A DNA stretch of 64,000 nucleotides from Pseudovirgaria hyperparasitica (taxonomy: Eukaryota): the NCBI GenBank assembly GCA_010093815.1, contig ML996574.1, one strand, 5' to 3'. The position numbers and the translations under genes are program-made. This document shows positions 23,205 through 36,755 of the stretch, piece by piece. Each line of letters opens with the position of its first letter. The stretch's first letter is position 1. The notes beneath the pieces are model-generated. The model ran no database searches and was not told the DNA's origin. It saw only the letters and a program-made list of their open reading frames with translations.

Positions 23205-26200
23205 ATGGGAAACACATCATCCACACTGGTCACTCCAGTAAAGGTGCAAAACCGGCTTTCCAAGCCAAAGACGAAGTCCAATTCCCCTAACAACCTGCCC
23301 ACTGGTCAGACACACAAGCTCGACCGTTTGGAAGGATCGCAGAACGAGACAGGGAACGAACCGGCAACACAATCGATCGGAAGCGGTTCTAAAAGCATGT
23401 CCAGCGTCCGCGAACACTTGCGAAGAACGCTGTGTGATACAAGAGCCAGTGCCGATACTATGCCCAACCACAACAGCGGCAACGATTGCCTTGGAGATAT
23501 AGCATATCCTGTACAGGAAAGATTCATGACTCGTTCAAGAGCAGGCTCAACTTCATCTGAAGGCCAGACGAGTCCTACCCGTGATTCGGATTGCCGGACG
23601 GTGGCGGTAGGCCACAGCTCTTGTCTCGAGAGTCAGGACGCGCTGGGTATCAGTCGGAACCTTAGCAAAAGCGCTTCACCCAAAGATATGGGATCCCTCC
23701 GTACGTTACAGCTGTGTCCTACCAAGGGACTTGTCTGATTACTTTTACTGATATATGTTTCAATCAGGCAAAGCATTAGGGCCGGAAACGGCCCATAGGC
23801 AAAGCCCCTCACTGCCAACAAAGCCCGACGATGAACTTACAAAGAGATCGTCTACAGCCCTAATAAGGCGTCGTTCCCTTGCTGCTCCTGGTATTGCCAC
23901 GCGTGAGACAACGCCGGAGGTTTTGCAGTCAAAGGGTCAACAATCCGAGGGATCTTTGTCAAATGGTAAAGTTTGGGCAATGGAGGAATTTGTACCATCG
24001 CCACTTGCGTACCTCGTCAATCTCAATTCGACAAGGTCCGAAACACCTGTTAACCTGGAACCTCCTCAGATTGGAGGCTTAGAGCTAGGATCGCTGCGGA
24101 TCACCAACGGGACCGCGTCCCCAGCACCAAGCGTATTATCGAGAAATATACCAGCGGCGAACGACTCGGCCGAAGAGCTTCAACAGGACGATGCGTACGC
24201 CACGGAATTGGAAGGGACAGCCAGCGTCGAAGGTCTGGCTGCCAACAAGGCAAACCACTCACCAATTCAAAGAGCGTCTCAAGGCCCCAAGAGACGTGGC
24301 GCGCGCAAACATTCAAAATCTCTCTCGCGTTTTGACTGTCCGTCGAAGATGCAACGTTGTGAGCCCGCATTGGGGTCTCCGCAGGGCTTTCCAGTCGAGC
24401 CGATAGCATCTCCGGATCATCCACGCAGTAAGAGAACGTTAAGTGCCCAGCTTTTTGCAGACGACTACATAGCAGAGATTTCACCCGGCCTGTATCCAGA
24501 TGGTGTCCCGAGACCCACCATGACTGTTGACCCGCGAAGTCCCCCGGTAGAAATGACTACAACACTCGACAAGGAGCCCAAAGATGGTTTGATCGGGACT
24601 GTCACGGGAAAGTCGAGCAATTCTGAACGATATTACAGCAAGTACCGTCACAGTGTTCATTCTGGCTATTCAAGTGGAGCTAGTGTGGCCGGCACTTTGG
24701 ATAAACCCGGAGCGGAGAAGGATTATTTCCAGCTTCGAAAGCGCCAATATACTGTGGATGCTCCTGGCGTCATGATGTCGCCATTTAGTTTTCAGGAGGA
24801 TTTCTCCGAATCATCATATGTGCAGGAGAGCAGCTCGAAATTCGCCGGACAAGCTACTCAAAGTACGACTAAGAGTCCGTTGCTGAGGGAATCGAAATCG
24901 TGGCGCTCTTCCTCTTTCGGAACGCCTTCGACGATCCCGCCAGACACATTAACTTCAGACGCATCCGAAACCTTTGGATGCAAGAGTCCAGCAATGAATA
25001 AAAAATTACAGAAGAAGCGCCCGGGATCCACACAGCCTGAGGTCAACTCACCCAAATCCACAAGCGGTGACAACATTCCTGATGTCCCAAAAAAGCTGGT
25101 GGACACTTTCGAGCGTAGGGTGGTAGGGTCTCCTGGCACAAACGACTTGCAGCATACGCCTAGCGCGGGCAGCCATACTGGTACGGACGGCGAAGACGAC
25201 TCCTCTTCCCCCAGCCCTGCCACTATTGAGTTCTCATCTCTGGGATTGCCAAAAGATGATTTCAAAGATGGAAACCAACACGAAGACGACCGACCACCAA
25301 CTCCGCCACCTCACCGATATCCTCCTAGTTTGTACAGCTCGACTCGGTATCCTTATGAAGCTCCATTACTAGATGAGACATGCACCACCATCAAAGACTT
25401 TGGGACTGTAGCTGATTCACTCGGCGCATCCCCGTACGACATCGCCACTAGCTCTCATCGCACTAGACCTGTGGCATCCCGAACCCGGACGCATCCTCAC
25501 CAGATTGGCAACGCGATGTCGAGGCCAAAGTCGATGTATAGTATGACTGACGAGGCCGCAGCGGAGTTTGCGCGCATGCGAAGCCTTGACCGTATGAGTA
25601 CGGACAGTCAAACCCGCAGCAAGTCACGACCACGTACTGAATCCGCTCCGAACACAAACGTTGCCGGACGTTTGTGGCACCTTAAGACTAAGTACGAGGA
25701 CATTCCTCCTGTGCCTCGCATACCCCCGCACGGGGAGTACAAGGTTCAGTCTCGACATTCACCACCAGTGGTCGCTCACACCAAACCGCTCATGAGGCAG
25801 GACTCTGCGCATTCGTCCGCAGAAGATGAAGCACCGCCGTCTGAGCCAAGATCCCAGAGAGAATGGGAGCAGACGCATCGCTCATGGTCAAAACGACGAA
25901 AGGCAATCAAGGAAGCCATGAAACTACTTGAAGAGCAGCTGGAAGCCACGAAGATGCCACCAAAGCGACCGGCCAGGAACACGGCTTGGCCAACAAAAGC
26001 TAGAGAGCGACCTCTGTCAGAAGGCTCGACGAGATCGGGTGGGTCAGATAGGAATGTTCTTTGCGACAGATACGGCGGCGGTCTACGCTACGGGTACGAG
26101 GCAGGGTATGGACTCAGTGGTAGTGCAGGCACAAGGCACAAGCAGAGCGCAGCGAGCAGAAAGAGCGCGCATGTGGCATATACATATGGAGTGGATTTGT

Positions 26201-26235
26201 CGGATATTCCAGTGTTTGTGCAGGAGATGCGTTGA
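23205..26235 (+). CDS. Large, mostly disordered S/P/R-rich fungal protein of unknown function with an N-myristoylation-like start; 2 exons
   Basis: MGNTSS start. ORFs 23205-23738 and 23755-26235 can be joined by a GTACGT...CAG intron (~23701-23767). Motif islands NRLSKP, LGSLRITNG and C-terminal RYGGGLRYGYE...GVDLSDIPVF. Confidence 0.75.
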
Positions 26236-27626
26236 TTTCAGCTCTGATTAATGGTTTTGCATGGCAATGTTTTCATGTTTTTAACAGACGATGAAGATGA
26301 CGATGACGATGGCGATGACGATGACGACGACGATATATTTGAGCATACACAAGCCAAAGAGCTATGAAAGTGGCGTTATGGGATGATTTACATGATGGTA
26401 TACGATTATTGGGTATATATTGCTCGCGATTTACTGGAAAGGATAATTGATATAGTAATTGACGTACACTTACATAAGCAAGTCATGCAATGTTTCGGTG
26501 ACACGCCCTTGTTAGACATGGGACCATTGGATAGCCAAAGACGATATGCTGCACCCATGACCGACAGTGAAGCTCTCCTGTGAAATGAGGTGAGCGATAG
26601 AATGACGTTCCGGCAGTAATCAAACAACAACATGTCTCATCTCAACCCCTCGGACAAGTTGCGAGCGTGTTTCAGCAGAGGAATGAGCAAGGATGGATGA
26701 ATCATAAATAGCTCTCTCCATCCTACCTGGGAGGACGTACCGTACGCAAGGACGAATAGATTGACAGTCAATGCAGTCTGATCGCATGCTGCCATTGGAG
26801 GAGGAGCCTTTGATTATGATGATAATAATAAAAGGCATGGTGACGGGGCGAAGCAAGAGTTGCACGGTACGGTACCTAGTAATTAGCTAGGGATCATTAG
26901 GGTTCTGCTGGTCCCCCTCCCTAATGATTACCCACACAGGTACCAACATGCTCTACGTAGAGAGAGCCAAGGGGGGGAGTTTAATGGTTGACACTGCGCC
27001 CGGATCGAGCCGCTGTTGGCTGGACCTTGTCTACAGTACTGTATGACGCGCCCCACCTGGGCAGTGGGCACCATTCGCCCGACTCTCTCCCCAATAAACG
27101 GGCCACCTTTCGTCGCGTCCCCTCATGTTATCCCGTCGTGGGGCTGGCGGACTGGCGGGCTGGCGGGCTGGCGGGCTCGCGGGCTGGGGCGCTGCTGTTT
27201 CGGCCAGGTTTCTGCGTTGAGGGGGCTTGCTTGTCCATTATCCCCCCAGGCTCGCTAGGGTTACGGCCACGTTTTGCTTAGACTGGTTGCCAGTCCTGCC
27301 CTGTCACCCTGTACTCTTCACCTCCAGAGTGACGAAATCTCACCGGCCACCACTATCACCCTGCACAGGCACAGTACACTTCTGTCTTTCTGTAGGTGCG
27401 ACCGTAGCTTTCTTTTTGTTTCTATCCTCCCTTCGCCTTAAATCTTCTGTTCTGCTGTCCTCATCCAAATCTTCTCTCCTTTGCGCTCATACAGAGAGCA
27501 ACATCCCTTCATTCTCCCTGTGAACGTCCGTCTTTCAATACCACCACTTCAGCTACTACTCAGCTATTCATAGCTCGCTTGTGATTGGCGCTCTACTGCG
27601 ATCCGCCAACCTCATCAACTGCGACA

Positions 27627-30579
27627 ATGTCGACCTTTGTCGTGTCGCTGTGAGTCTACACAATTCAGATTTTGGGCTTGAGTGGCTAATAGTGTCTCTC
27701 CTCTCCAGCTTTCTACCCTATACGGTTGATTTCCAGGACATTCCTACTCCCGCACGCCGTGATAGTCCTCCCGCGACCGCTAGACCGCCTACGGGCCACA
27801 GTGCGCACGGCCAAAGAGACTCTATCCCCGATTTCTCGGCTCTCGACAAGAAAGCCAGTCTGTTTCACCATCCTACCCCCCCTCGGACGCCTGCCAGCGC
27901 CACCCACCAATACGATGACTTCTTCAAACATGCCACCAGCGTAGCTTCTCACTTTCCCAAACCTCACGACCCTCGATCTCTTGTCCGTAGCGACTCGTTC
28001 GCTCCAGACTGGGGTAGCAGCTCGTTCTTCAATCAGCCAAAGTCCAGAGCCGGCCCCGCACCGCCAGATACAATTCTTGAGTACGCCAAAGCGCAAGAGC
28101 GTGTGAACAGTGCGAGGAATCATCAGCGTCGTAAAACTGGAGAGCGCGGTCCTCCGCGCGAGAAGAGCGGTGAGAGAGGTGCATGGCGAGACAAGTGGAC
28201 CATAGAGCCAGCGGTACAAGGCAATGGCGGTCTTGCCAATGCTATCAATGCTGCAGTTGAGGCTGGCAGCATGGGTGACGTGATCTGGGTTGGCACTCTG
28301 GGCTTCCCGACCGACAGTTTGGAAGAGGCCCAGAAAGACGACATACACGACCGACTTGAATCAGAGTTTGAAGCATTACCGGTCTACGTGAGTGACAGCG
28401 ATTTCGATGGCCACTATACGCATTACTGCAAGACGATTCTGTGGCCTGTCTTTCACTATCAGATTCCCGACCATCCTAAGAGCAAAGCGTATGAGGATCA
28501 TTCATGGATATTCTACGTCAACCTCAACAAAGCATTTGCCGAGAAAATCATCAAGAGCTACAAAAGGGGTGATATTGTCTGGATTCATGACTACCATTTA
28601 CTCCTGGTTCCTAAGCTCGTCCGAGATGCCCTCCCCGACGCGCAAATTGGCTTTTTCCTACACACTGCCTTCCCATCGTCGGAAGTCTTCCGCTGCCTAT
28701 CTGTACGGAAGGAGCTCCTTGAAGCTATGCTGTCCTCCAATCTAGTAGCATTCCAGACCCGCGAATATGCCCATCATTTCTTGCAGACTTGCAGTCGTCT
28801 TCTCGTGGTGGAGGCTACCGAAGAAGGCATCCAGCTCGATAATAGGTTTGTCAACGTCACGTGGTTACCCATGGGTATCAATCCTGAGGGTCTTTCCATT
28901 GCGCGTGAAGACGAGTCCGTTGGCGACTGGATCAAGGTCATGGAGGAGAGGTACAAGGGTAAAAAGCTGATTGTCGGGCGTGACAAGATGGACCAAGTTG
29001 GAGGAATCCGACAGAAGTTTTTGGCGTATGAGCTGTTCTTGAACAAGTATCCAGAATGGAAAGACAAGGCAAGCATAGCCATATCCTCTGAAAGGTCGTT
29101 TCTAATGATACCCAGGTCGTCATGATACAGGTCGCAACATCGACGACGGAGAATCCTGAGCTTGCTGAAACAATCTCGGATATCGTTACTCGCATCGACT
29201 CTGTCCACTCTACACTCGCGCATCAACCTTTGGTCTTCTTAAGACAGGACATTGATTTCTCGCAATATCTCGCTCTTCTGTCAGTCGCCGACGTGCTCAT
29301 GGTCACGAGTCTTCGAGAAGGACTCAACCTTACATGTCATGAGTATGTTTTCTGTCAGGATGGCAAGGCCAGTCCGAATGGTGAGAAGAAGCATGGACCG
29401 TTGATTCTGAGTGAGTTCACCGGAAGTGCTGCGGTCTTCAACGGCCAAGAACTGCCTGTGAACCCATGGGACTACAAAAATTGCGCCGAAGCCATCAAGA
29501 TCGCGCTCGAGATGACACCAGAGGAGAAGGTGCGTCGCTATGGCAAGCTTCGAGATGTTGTCATGCACCACACTGGAGAATTCTGGAGCCGCACACTCAT
29601 CAAGTCCCTTGCCCGAGTCCACGACGAGCATTATAAGCGCGATACCATGTCCATTCCTCGACTTTCAGCATCTCAGCTCAGCCAGAAATACAAGGAGTCG
29701 AGCAACCGCTTGTTCCTTCTTGACTATGAGGGCACGCTTGCAACCTATGGCTCTCCGGCTCGAATGGTTGTCGATTCCCCACAACGAGTCCTTGACACGC
29801 TTAGCGAACTCCTGCTTGATCCGAAGAACACTGTCTATGTCATGTCCGGCCGCACCAAGGAGGAACTAGAGTTCCTTTTCAATCGTGTTCCTGGACTCGG
29901 CTATATCGCAGAAAATGGCTGCTTTGTTCGCGAGGCTGGTGCTGGAAGTATTGTCGATGATCCCAAAGAATGGACATGCTTTCCTGACCAAGCTCGCATG
30001 GAAGAGTGGAAAGAAGCCGTTCATGGAATCCTGCAGTACTACCAGGAGCGTATGGAGGGATCTTGGATCGAACAGCGCTATTGCAGTCTTATCTACCATT
30101 ACGACAAGGCTGAGGACCTGGAGTCGGCGCAAAAGCACGCAGGTGACTGTGCCAACCATATCAACGACGCTTGCCGCGACCAACGCGTCCACGCCATTCC
30201 AGTCAAGGACGCCGTCATCATCGAGCCAATGGACTATGACAAGGCAACGGCGGCCAAGTATGTTCTGGGTCTGATGACGGGCGGAGAGGGATCAAACCTC
30301 AAACCCGCGATCGGCAAGCCCGACTTCTTGTGCGTAGCGGGGAATGACCGTGACGATGAGGTGCTGTACCGCTGGGCAAACGAGATGGGCGAGCATGCCG
30401 AGATCAAACATGTCACGACCGTCAGTGTCGGCCAGAGGAATACACAGGCGCAGAGCACGCTCACGCAGGGCACAACGGGGTTGTTGAGCGTTTTGCAGCG
30501 CCTGAGCAAGGCCGGTGGACCCAATGGCACGAGAGGACGGAGCACTACTGGGAGTAGCCAGTTCCGAAGCATGTCGTAG
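27627..30579 (+). CDS. Trehalose-6-phosphate synthase complex regulatory subunit (TSL1/TPS3/TslA-like; GT20 + HAD phosphatase-like domains); 3 exons
   Basis: MSTFVVSL|FLPYT start, ILWPVFHY, WIHDYHLLL, FFLHTAFPSSEVFRCL, LFLLDYEGTL. Intron 2 is GC-AG (29069-29115). Confidence 0.92.
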
Positions 30580-31739
30580 ACCGGTGGAGGAGGTTTCTGC
30601 GTTGATGCCCACTGGATTCTTCCCCTTCACTCACGATGATATGATTCCTGCTTGCTTTTTGGCACTAGTATTCGGGCGGTCGAGCGAGCGATTGAGTCGG
30701 CTAGTGCTGTTTCTCCTGTACGAGTCTCTTGCACCCCATTACATTGCATCCCCGTGCGCTCTGCATAGCATAAACTGCGAGTTTATTAGAAAAATTACAC
30801 CACCTTTGGCTATATATGTATACATTTCCCCACTTGCTTGCGTAGCTCTGTGTTCATCACCACTGATTCCTCCATCTCGTCGGGTCTGATTTGGTTTCAG
30901 CCATCCCCTTCCTCCGTCCCCATGTAGTAGAAATGTAGAGCTATGCATCTGGCATATCGATGGGGCTGGTTGCCCGTGTGTGGACGACGCAGTGCTTGGG
31001 AAGGCGTCGTTGTGGCGCGTGCATGTCGATCGTGGTGCTTCTTTGAGCATGGGTATTGTTAGGACGAGTATATTGGTTTGCTAATATTTAGTGGTGAAGC
31101 ATTTGAGAAGGGTCCAGTCTGACAGGTACACTAACTCACTATCCGGATTAGGAATATAGAGCTTGGACTTCCCATAAGTGTGGAGCCGGCACGCGAGCAA
31201 CGCGAGGTGGATTCCGAGGGGCGTGCCATGTGTCAGAAGGAGAGACCGGGCCCGTTGTATGACATGGCTTAAGTGCTGGGTGCCTTCATTCTGACAAGAA
31301 TATGGGGATATGCTATTTGCTTGATGCGTGCCCTGGCAGTCTTGTATGTATATTGAGGACTGGAAAGTAGGAGTGTTTATGTATTTGTATCGCAGGATCT
31401 CTCGACAACTGACGTCATTAAAGCTCGACGAGGCTTAACTGCGATTTACTTTGCGGCTAACTTGATATGGTAATCTAGGACGACGCCATGACTTCTTTGG
31501 GTGTAGTAGCCGCGCACTAGTACTTCAAGTCTTCAACCTCGCGCCCGAATGAGAGTTGGCATCGAACTCCTTTTCCTCCTTCTGTTACGGAATGGCGTTC
31601 GGGGCGGCTCAGCTGCAGCTTTCCAGACGTCATGTCGTCCGCCCTCATAGACAGATCCTCATCGCGTCAATGTCTTGCTGATTCCATCCTTCATGGACCT
31701 GCGACAGCTGCAGCAAGACCAAAGTAGCCAAAGATAGAC

Positions 31740-33851
31740 ATGGCCAGCCTACCCGGCGACATCTACACTGGAACCTGGACCAACTGGGGTGAGTCGTGTC
31801 TTCACACATATACTACTGCTATACGCGCTCGTTGCTGACTCTGGGGCGAAAAGACAGAGGACGTGTACTTGGATCAACAATCACCATCTCGACACAGCAA
31901 GGCTTGTTCCTGACGGCATTCCTAGCGATATGGATCACCTGGACAGGCGCCCATCTATGGGGCATCCTCTGCTTCTGGATGATGCAGCACCAGTCGACAC
32001 CAGAACCCCGTGACGGCCTTCACCACCAACGCCAGGCTCTCCTTCGCAATTCTGGTGCGCCCGGAGATGCCTTCTGGAGTCTCTCCAAGGTGGCGTGGGC
32101 GTGGCGTCGTCGGCCTGAATCCAAGGCGATCAAGCGTTCGATGCCTGCGATTGCGGTCGCGCTCCTGCATATGGCTGCATTCGCCGTCGCTGGTATCTTC
32201 TCCTCCAGAGTTACCCAGGCCGGTGCTGAGGTCCTCGTCGCTCCGGGTACGTGCGGGTGGCTATCTACAGATGTTGGGTTCACGTATAATCGCTATGCGG
32301 CGCTGCGTTCGACGGCTCGTGAGAGTCTGACGTATGCCCGTTCGTGCTACTCGTCTGGAGAGAGCAGTGACGATAGTAACGACGATGGCGAGGAGCGAGA
32401 CCGCACATGTCGCCAGTATTCTCGAGTCCAGCTTGGGAACCGGACGATAGACTTTGACGCGAAGTGTCCCTTTGACGCCTCGATGTGTGGCGGTGAGCCT
32501 TCCATGTCGCTTGACACCGGATATGTTTCGTCGAGTTCTGATTTCGGCATCAACACCCCTAATGACGAAGAGATGTGGCTTCGCAAGGTAGTGACGTGGA
32601 GTCCCCTGAATCTCACTGGGCATGTCGGCGATCCGGTCCCGGCCAGCGACTCGGATCCAAACGAGACCATCTCGTCGTATTACCTGGGAGACAGCATAGT
32701 AGACGGCGTTCGCTACAACTTTACCTTCCAACTCTCGAATGCGTACAGGCCTGAGAATGTCCGGCAATACATCCTCACGTAAGATTGCATCCTGTCTTGA
32801 TATGACGAGCTGACAGAGCATTAGACCTTTCCATGCCTATCTCAATGAATCAGACCAAGACTACTTCCCAATCGTCCAGCTGAACCGCACCGACGCCGAC
32901 GTGACCGTACTAGAACTGAACAACTTCATGAACTACGAAGCCCCAACCACAGATGCTCTCTACGGCACCGACCAGAACATCAGCTCAAACGGCTACTACA
33001 CACCACTGAATCGATACACCGCCCTCGCCGCCACAGAGCAATACCAGCTCTGCACCGCCCCTGAACAAGCATCCTGCACCCCTCTCAGCGGCATCCACAC
33101 CCAACCCCTCTCAACCCTCACCCTCACCCCCAGCCGCACCACACTCGCATCCCACCTCCTCCGCATCATGCGCGAAAGCACAATCGACAGCACAGTCGGC
33201 TACCTCGGCAGCCAATCCCTCCTCATCCCCGACCTCGCCCTGACCGAAGGCCGCCTCGTCTCCATCGCCCCGCCGCCCTACCAATGGCTCCTCGACGCCG
33301 AACACATCCACAACATCTCCCTCGCCTTTGCCCAGCGCCTCGCCGTCCACTTCGTCGCCCACTCCTCCGCCCCCGTCATCCCCGGCGTCCAGGTCCCTCT
33401 CGGCCAGCTCGAACCGCTGTCTACCGACCAGCTCCGTCTGTGCGCCCTCCAGAAGGTCCGCAGCTACACCTTTGCGAGCTTCACGACGCTTGGCGTCGCA
33501 CTCATTTTCAGCGTCGGCGGCCTCGTCATGCTCGTTAATTGCTGTCTCTCTGACGTTGTCAAAGCGCTGCGTGCGCGTAGGGCGGGTGCTGCTGGAAGCA
33601 ACGAGAAAAGCGTCGAATGGATCGAGACTGAAGTGCTGCAATTGCAGCGTCTTGCTGTTGAAGGGCGGAATGTGGGTGGTGCGTGGGCGGGGCTGAGGAG
33701 TGCGGTGCCGGTGCCGGTTGATGTGAGGCAGGTGTGGAGTTCGAGTGTGTTGGATGGGAAGGATGCTGTGGGTATGGGTGCTGGTGTAGGCGGGAGAGCT
33801 GGCGAGTATCAGTCTGTTCGGAAGGATGAGGGGGATGTGGGGGAGGATTAG
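31740..33851 (+). CDS. Fungal membrane protein of unknown function (N-terminal TM segments, Cys-containing luminal region, C-terminal TM); 3 exons
   Basis: MASLPGDIYTGTWTNW followed by an intron, then DGLHHQRQALLRNS, hydrophobic segments, CPFDASMC, LDTG and EW...LQLQRLA. Confidence 0.75.
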
Positions 33852-34973
33852 ATGGGATGGATATACAGATGTGGTTTGGAGTAGGTCGTGGTTTAGCATA
33901 GTGTGTGTATGTGCAGACGGCGATTGATAGTCAGTAAGTCCAGTCAGTCAGCTCAGTCGTGCATGAAGGAAGCCTCGTCGATCTCAGATTTCGATGCCCC
34001 CCCCCCAATTCCACCCAGTTTTGAGGTCGTAAACTACAGTGAATTGTCAAGCGATAAATACACGTCAAACCCACCCACGCACCCAACCCCCCTCTCAGCA
34101 AGATCTAAGAATCACCAGTATGTCAAACCCCCCTAACACCCCCTTATTTACAAACACCCTCGCCTCGCAACAGTAAGCACTCCTCTAATCCTCTAACCCC
34201 CTAACCCTAGACTAAACCCAAACCAAAAACCAACCAAGAAAAAAAAAAGGTTCTCTAGCCTCATACGTCATCCATACGCTAACTACCCAACAACATATCC
34301 AACAACATATCCAACACCCACAAAACCCGACCCAAAAAACCACAAACACGCTATACTTTCTTTCTTTCTTTCTTTCTTTCTTTCCTTCTCCGCCCAATCA
34401 AACCCCCACAACTCACTCCCCCACCAAACAACAAGCAGTTACCTCCCAAACCGCCAGCACACCAAAACCCAAACTCCCGGATAGTCCCGGAGGAAACCGG
34501 GGTTTTGCCCACTGCTATATCCGGACCCGCCTTCCTCTGCCTCTTGTCGTCGCTGATTAGCTGATTCGCTGATTGGCTGATTGGCTGCAGTGCGAGGAAT
34601 AGGGAGAAGTAGTGTTGATGACGCGGGCTTGCGAGATGTTGCGAGGCTGTTGATTTTGTTGGGGGGGTTTGAGAGAGAGAGAGAGACGGGGTTAGGTAGT
34701 GTGTTTTTTCGGCGGTTATGGGAGAGGGGGGGGGGGAGATAGATTGGGGTTAAGGGGGAGGTTGCGTGTGTGATGTATGATGTATGTGTATGTGTATGTG
34801 TATATATAAACTGCTCGTCGCAGGTTCGTGGTTGTTTGCATCACTGTCACCATCACCATCAACACTCTCAGCCTTCATTCTTCATCCTTCATCCTCCATC
34901 AACATCAACGACCCAAACTCAAATCTCTCACCCCCAACACCAAGCCCGAACCTCCGTCATCAACTCAAAAACC

Positions 34974-35940
34974 ATGCCCGCCCACTTCCCCGCCCACGTC
35001 GGCCAAAACTTCACCCCAACAACCCGCGCCGACATCTACCCACCCACCAACCCGCTCCTATCCGACCTCAGCCAGCCCACAAAAACAGTCCTCATAACAG
35101 GCGCATCCCGCAACATCGGCCGCTCCATCGCGCTCCGCTACGCCGAAGCCTCCGTATCACGCATCGTGCTCGTAGCCCGGGGCACGACCGACGGCGTCGC
35201 GCGCGAGATCAGCGCCATCAACCCTGCCGTCAAAGTACTCCAAATCACCGCTGACATCAGCGAGCCAGCGGACGTGGAGCGGGCAGGGCGCGAGTTCAGC
35301 GCATGGGCAGGCGCGGACGCGAGACTGGATGTTCTGATTAATAATGCGGGGGTGCTGGAGACGCGGGTGCCGCTGTGTGAGAGCGAGCCGGCGGAGTGGT
35401 GGAAGACGTGGGAGGTGAGTATCCGGGGGACGTATATGATGCTGCGGACGTTTGTGCCGTTTGTCGTTGCGACGGCGGAGAAGCGGACGGGGGTGCCGGG
35501 GACGGTGATTAATATGTCTAGTATCGGGGCGCATGTGGCTGCGCCGAGGATGAGTGCGTATCAGAGCAGTCGGTTTGCGGTTCTGCGGCTGAGTGAGTTT
35601 GTGGAGGTGGAGTATGGGGCGAGGGGGGTGAATGTGCATAGTTTGCATCCTGGGGCGGTGGCTACGGATATGACGAGGAAGAGTGCGATGGTGGAGGAGG
35701 CGGAGGGTAGGTGTCTTTCCTTGGTGTTTGCGTGGGTTGGGCAACGAGCTGACTGTGGTCGCAGATTTTTTCATTGATACTCCTGAACTTGCTGCTGGTT
35801 TCCTGGTGTGGCTCACGCATAAGAATAGGTCCTGGTTGAATGGCCGGTATTTGAACGCTGAGTGGGACGTGGACGAGTTGGAGGGGATGAGAAAGGAGAT
35901 TGAGGGGACCGACAAGCTGAAGATGCGCATGGTCGTGTGA
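34974..35940 (+). CDS. Short-chain dehydrogenase/reductase; intron 35707-35764
   Basis: VLITGASRNIG, LDVLINNAG, INMSS, YQSSR, LHPGAVATDM, WLNGRYL. Confidence 0.88.
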
Positions 35941-36017
35941 GGTGTCGGGTCGTCGTTCCGCCTTGCCCGTTCCTCTCACGGCAGGACATCTCATGTAGAC
36001 GAAATTTAAACAGTCGC

Positions 36018-36755
36018 TCATCCAGTGTCGTCAACATCATCGGCAGCATCATCTTCCCACTCCTCTTCTTGCGCAGAGCCCGGACTCTCACCGACCCCCT
36101 TGCTCATGATCAGATAATCACATCTCTTGACCTTGCCACCCCTGAGCACTCGGTCCCTGGGACTACACCCATCCACCCCAAAGCCCATAGTAGCATAAAA
36201 CCTCCTCGCACCTTCATTGCTGCGAAAGACCGTCAACATGAGAGCCTCCATACCCGTCTTGACCGCAATGTGCTCCACAACACGCATCAGATGCGCGCCA
36301 ATGCCCTGCCTCCGCACCGCATCCGCTAGGTGTATCTCATATATATACACCACCGGCCTCGCATCTTCAACCGTGATCATGAAGGACATGAATGCAAGGA
36401 TAGGTCTCTCTCCCCCCTCGACTTCCTGTGGAGGTGCCGCGCGGACAAGCAGGTAGCGCATGTCCGCTTCGGCCATCTCGCGCCATTTTGCGCGCGGCTT
36501 CCAGCCCTTTGTGCTTGCGCGATAGTCCCCTGCGGACGTGTGTTCGACGAGGTCGAAGCAGGTTTTGAGGTCGGACTTGGACATTGAGGCTATTGGATGC
36601 AGATGTAGCGTGTACGAGGGCGGGACTGGTGTTGAGATTGAAGGTGTCGGCGTGTATGAGAGGTCCGAGGAGGAAGCTGGGAGGAATTGCTGGGTGAATG
36701 CATCGTCGGACAGGGCATTGATGGAGTCGACGCGTTGCATGAATGGCGGAAGCAT
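36018..36755 (-). CDS. NAT4: GNAT N-terminal acetyltransferase, Nat4/NAA40-like
   Basis: KWREM...MRYLLV, VVYIYEIHL, RRQGIG acetyl-CoA motif, MLTVFRSNEGARRFY. Confidence 0.85.
   Translation of the reverse strand: MLPPFMQRVDSINALSDDAFTQQFLPASSSDLSYTPTPSISTPVPPSYTLHLHPIASMSKSDLKTCFDLVEHTSAGDYRASTKGWKPRAKWREMAEADMRYLLVRAAPPQEVEGGERPILAFMSFMITVEDARPVVYIYEIHLADAVRRQGIGAHLMRVVEHIAVKTGMEALMLTVFRSNEGARRFYATMGFGVDGCSPRDRVLRGGKVKRCDYLIMSKGVGESPGSAQEEEWEDDAADDVDDTG

Noticed and set aside
34130..34220. CCCTAA-like (telomeric) hexamers
   Set aside because: Only a few degenerate copies inside a C-rich tract; not an array.
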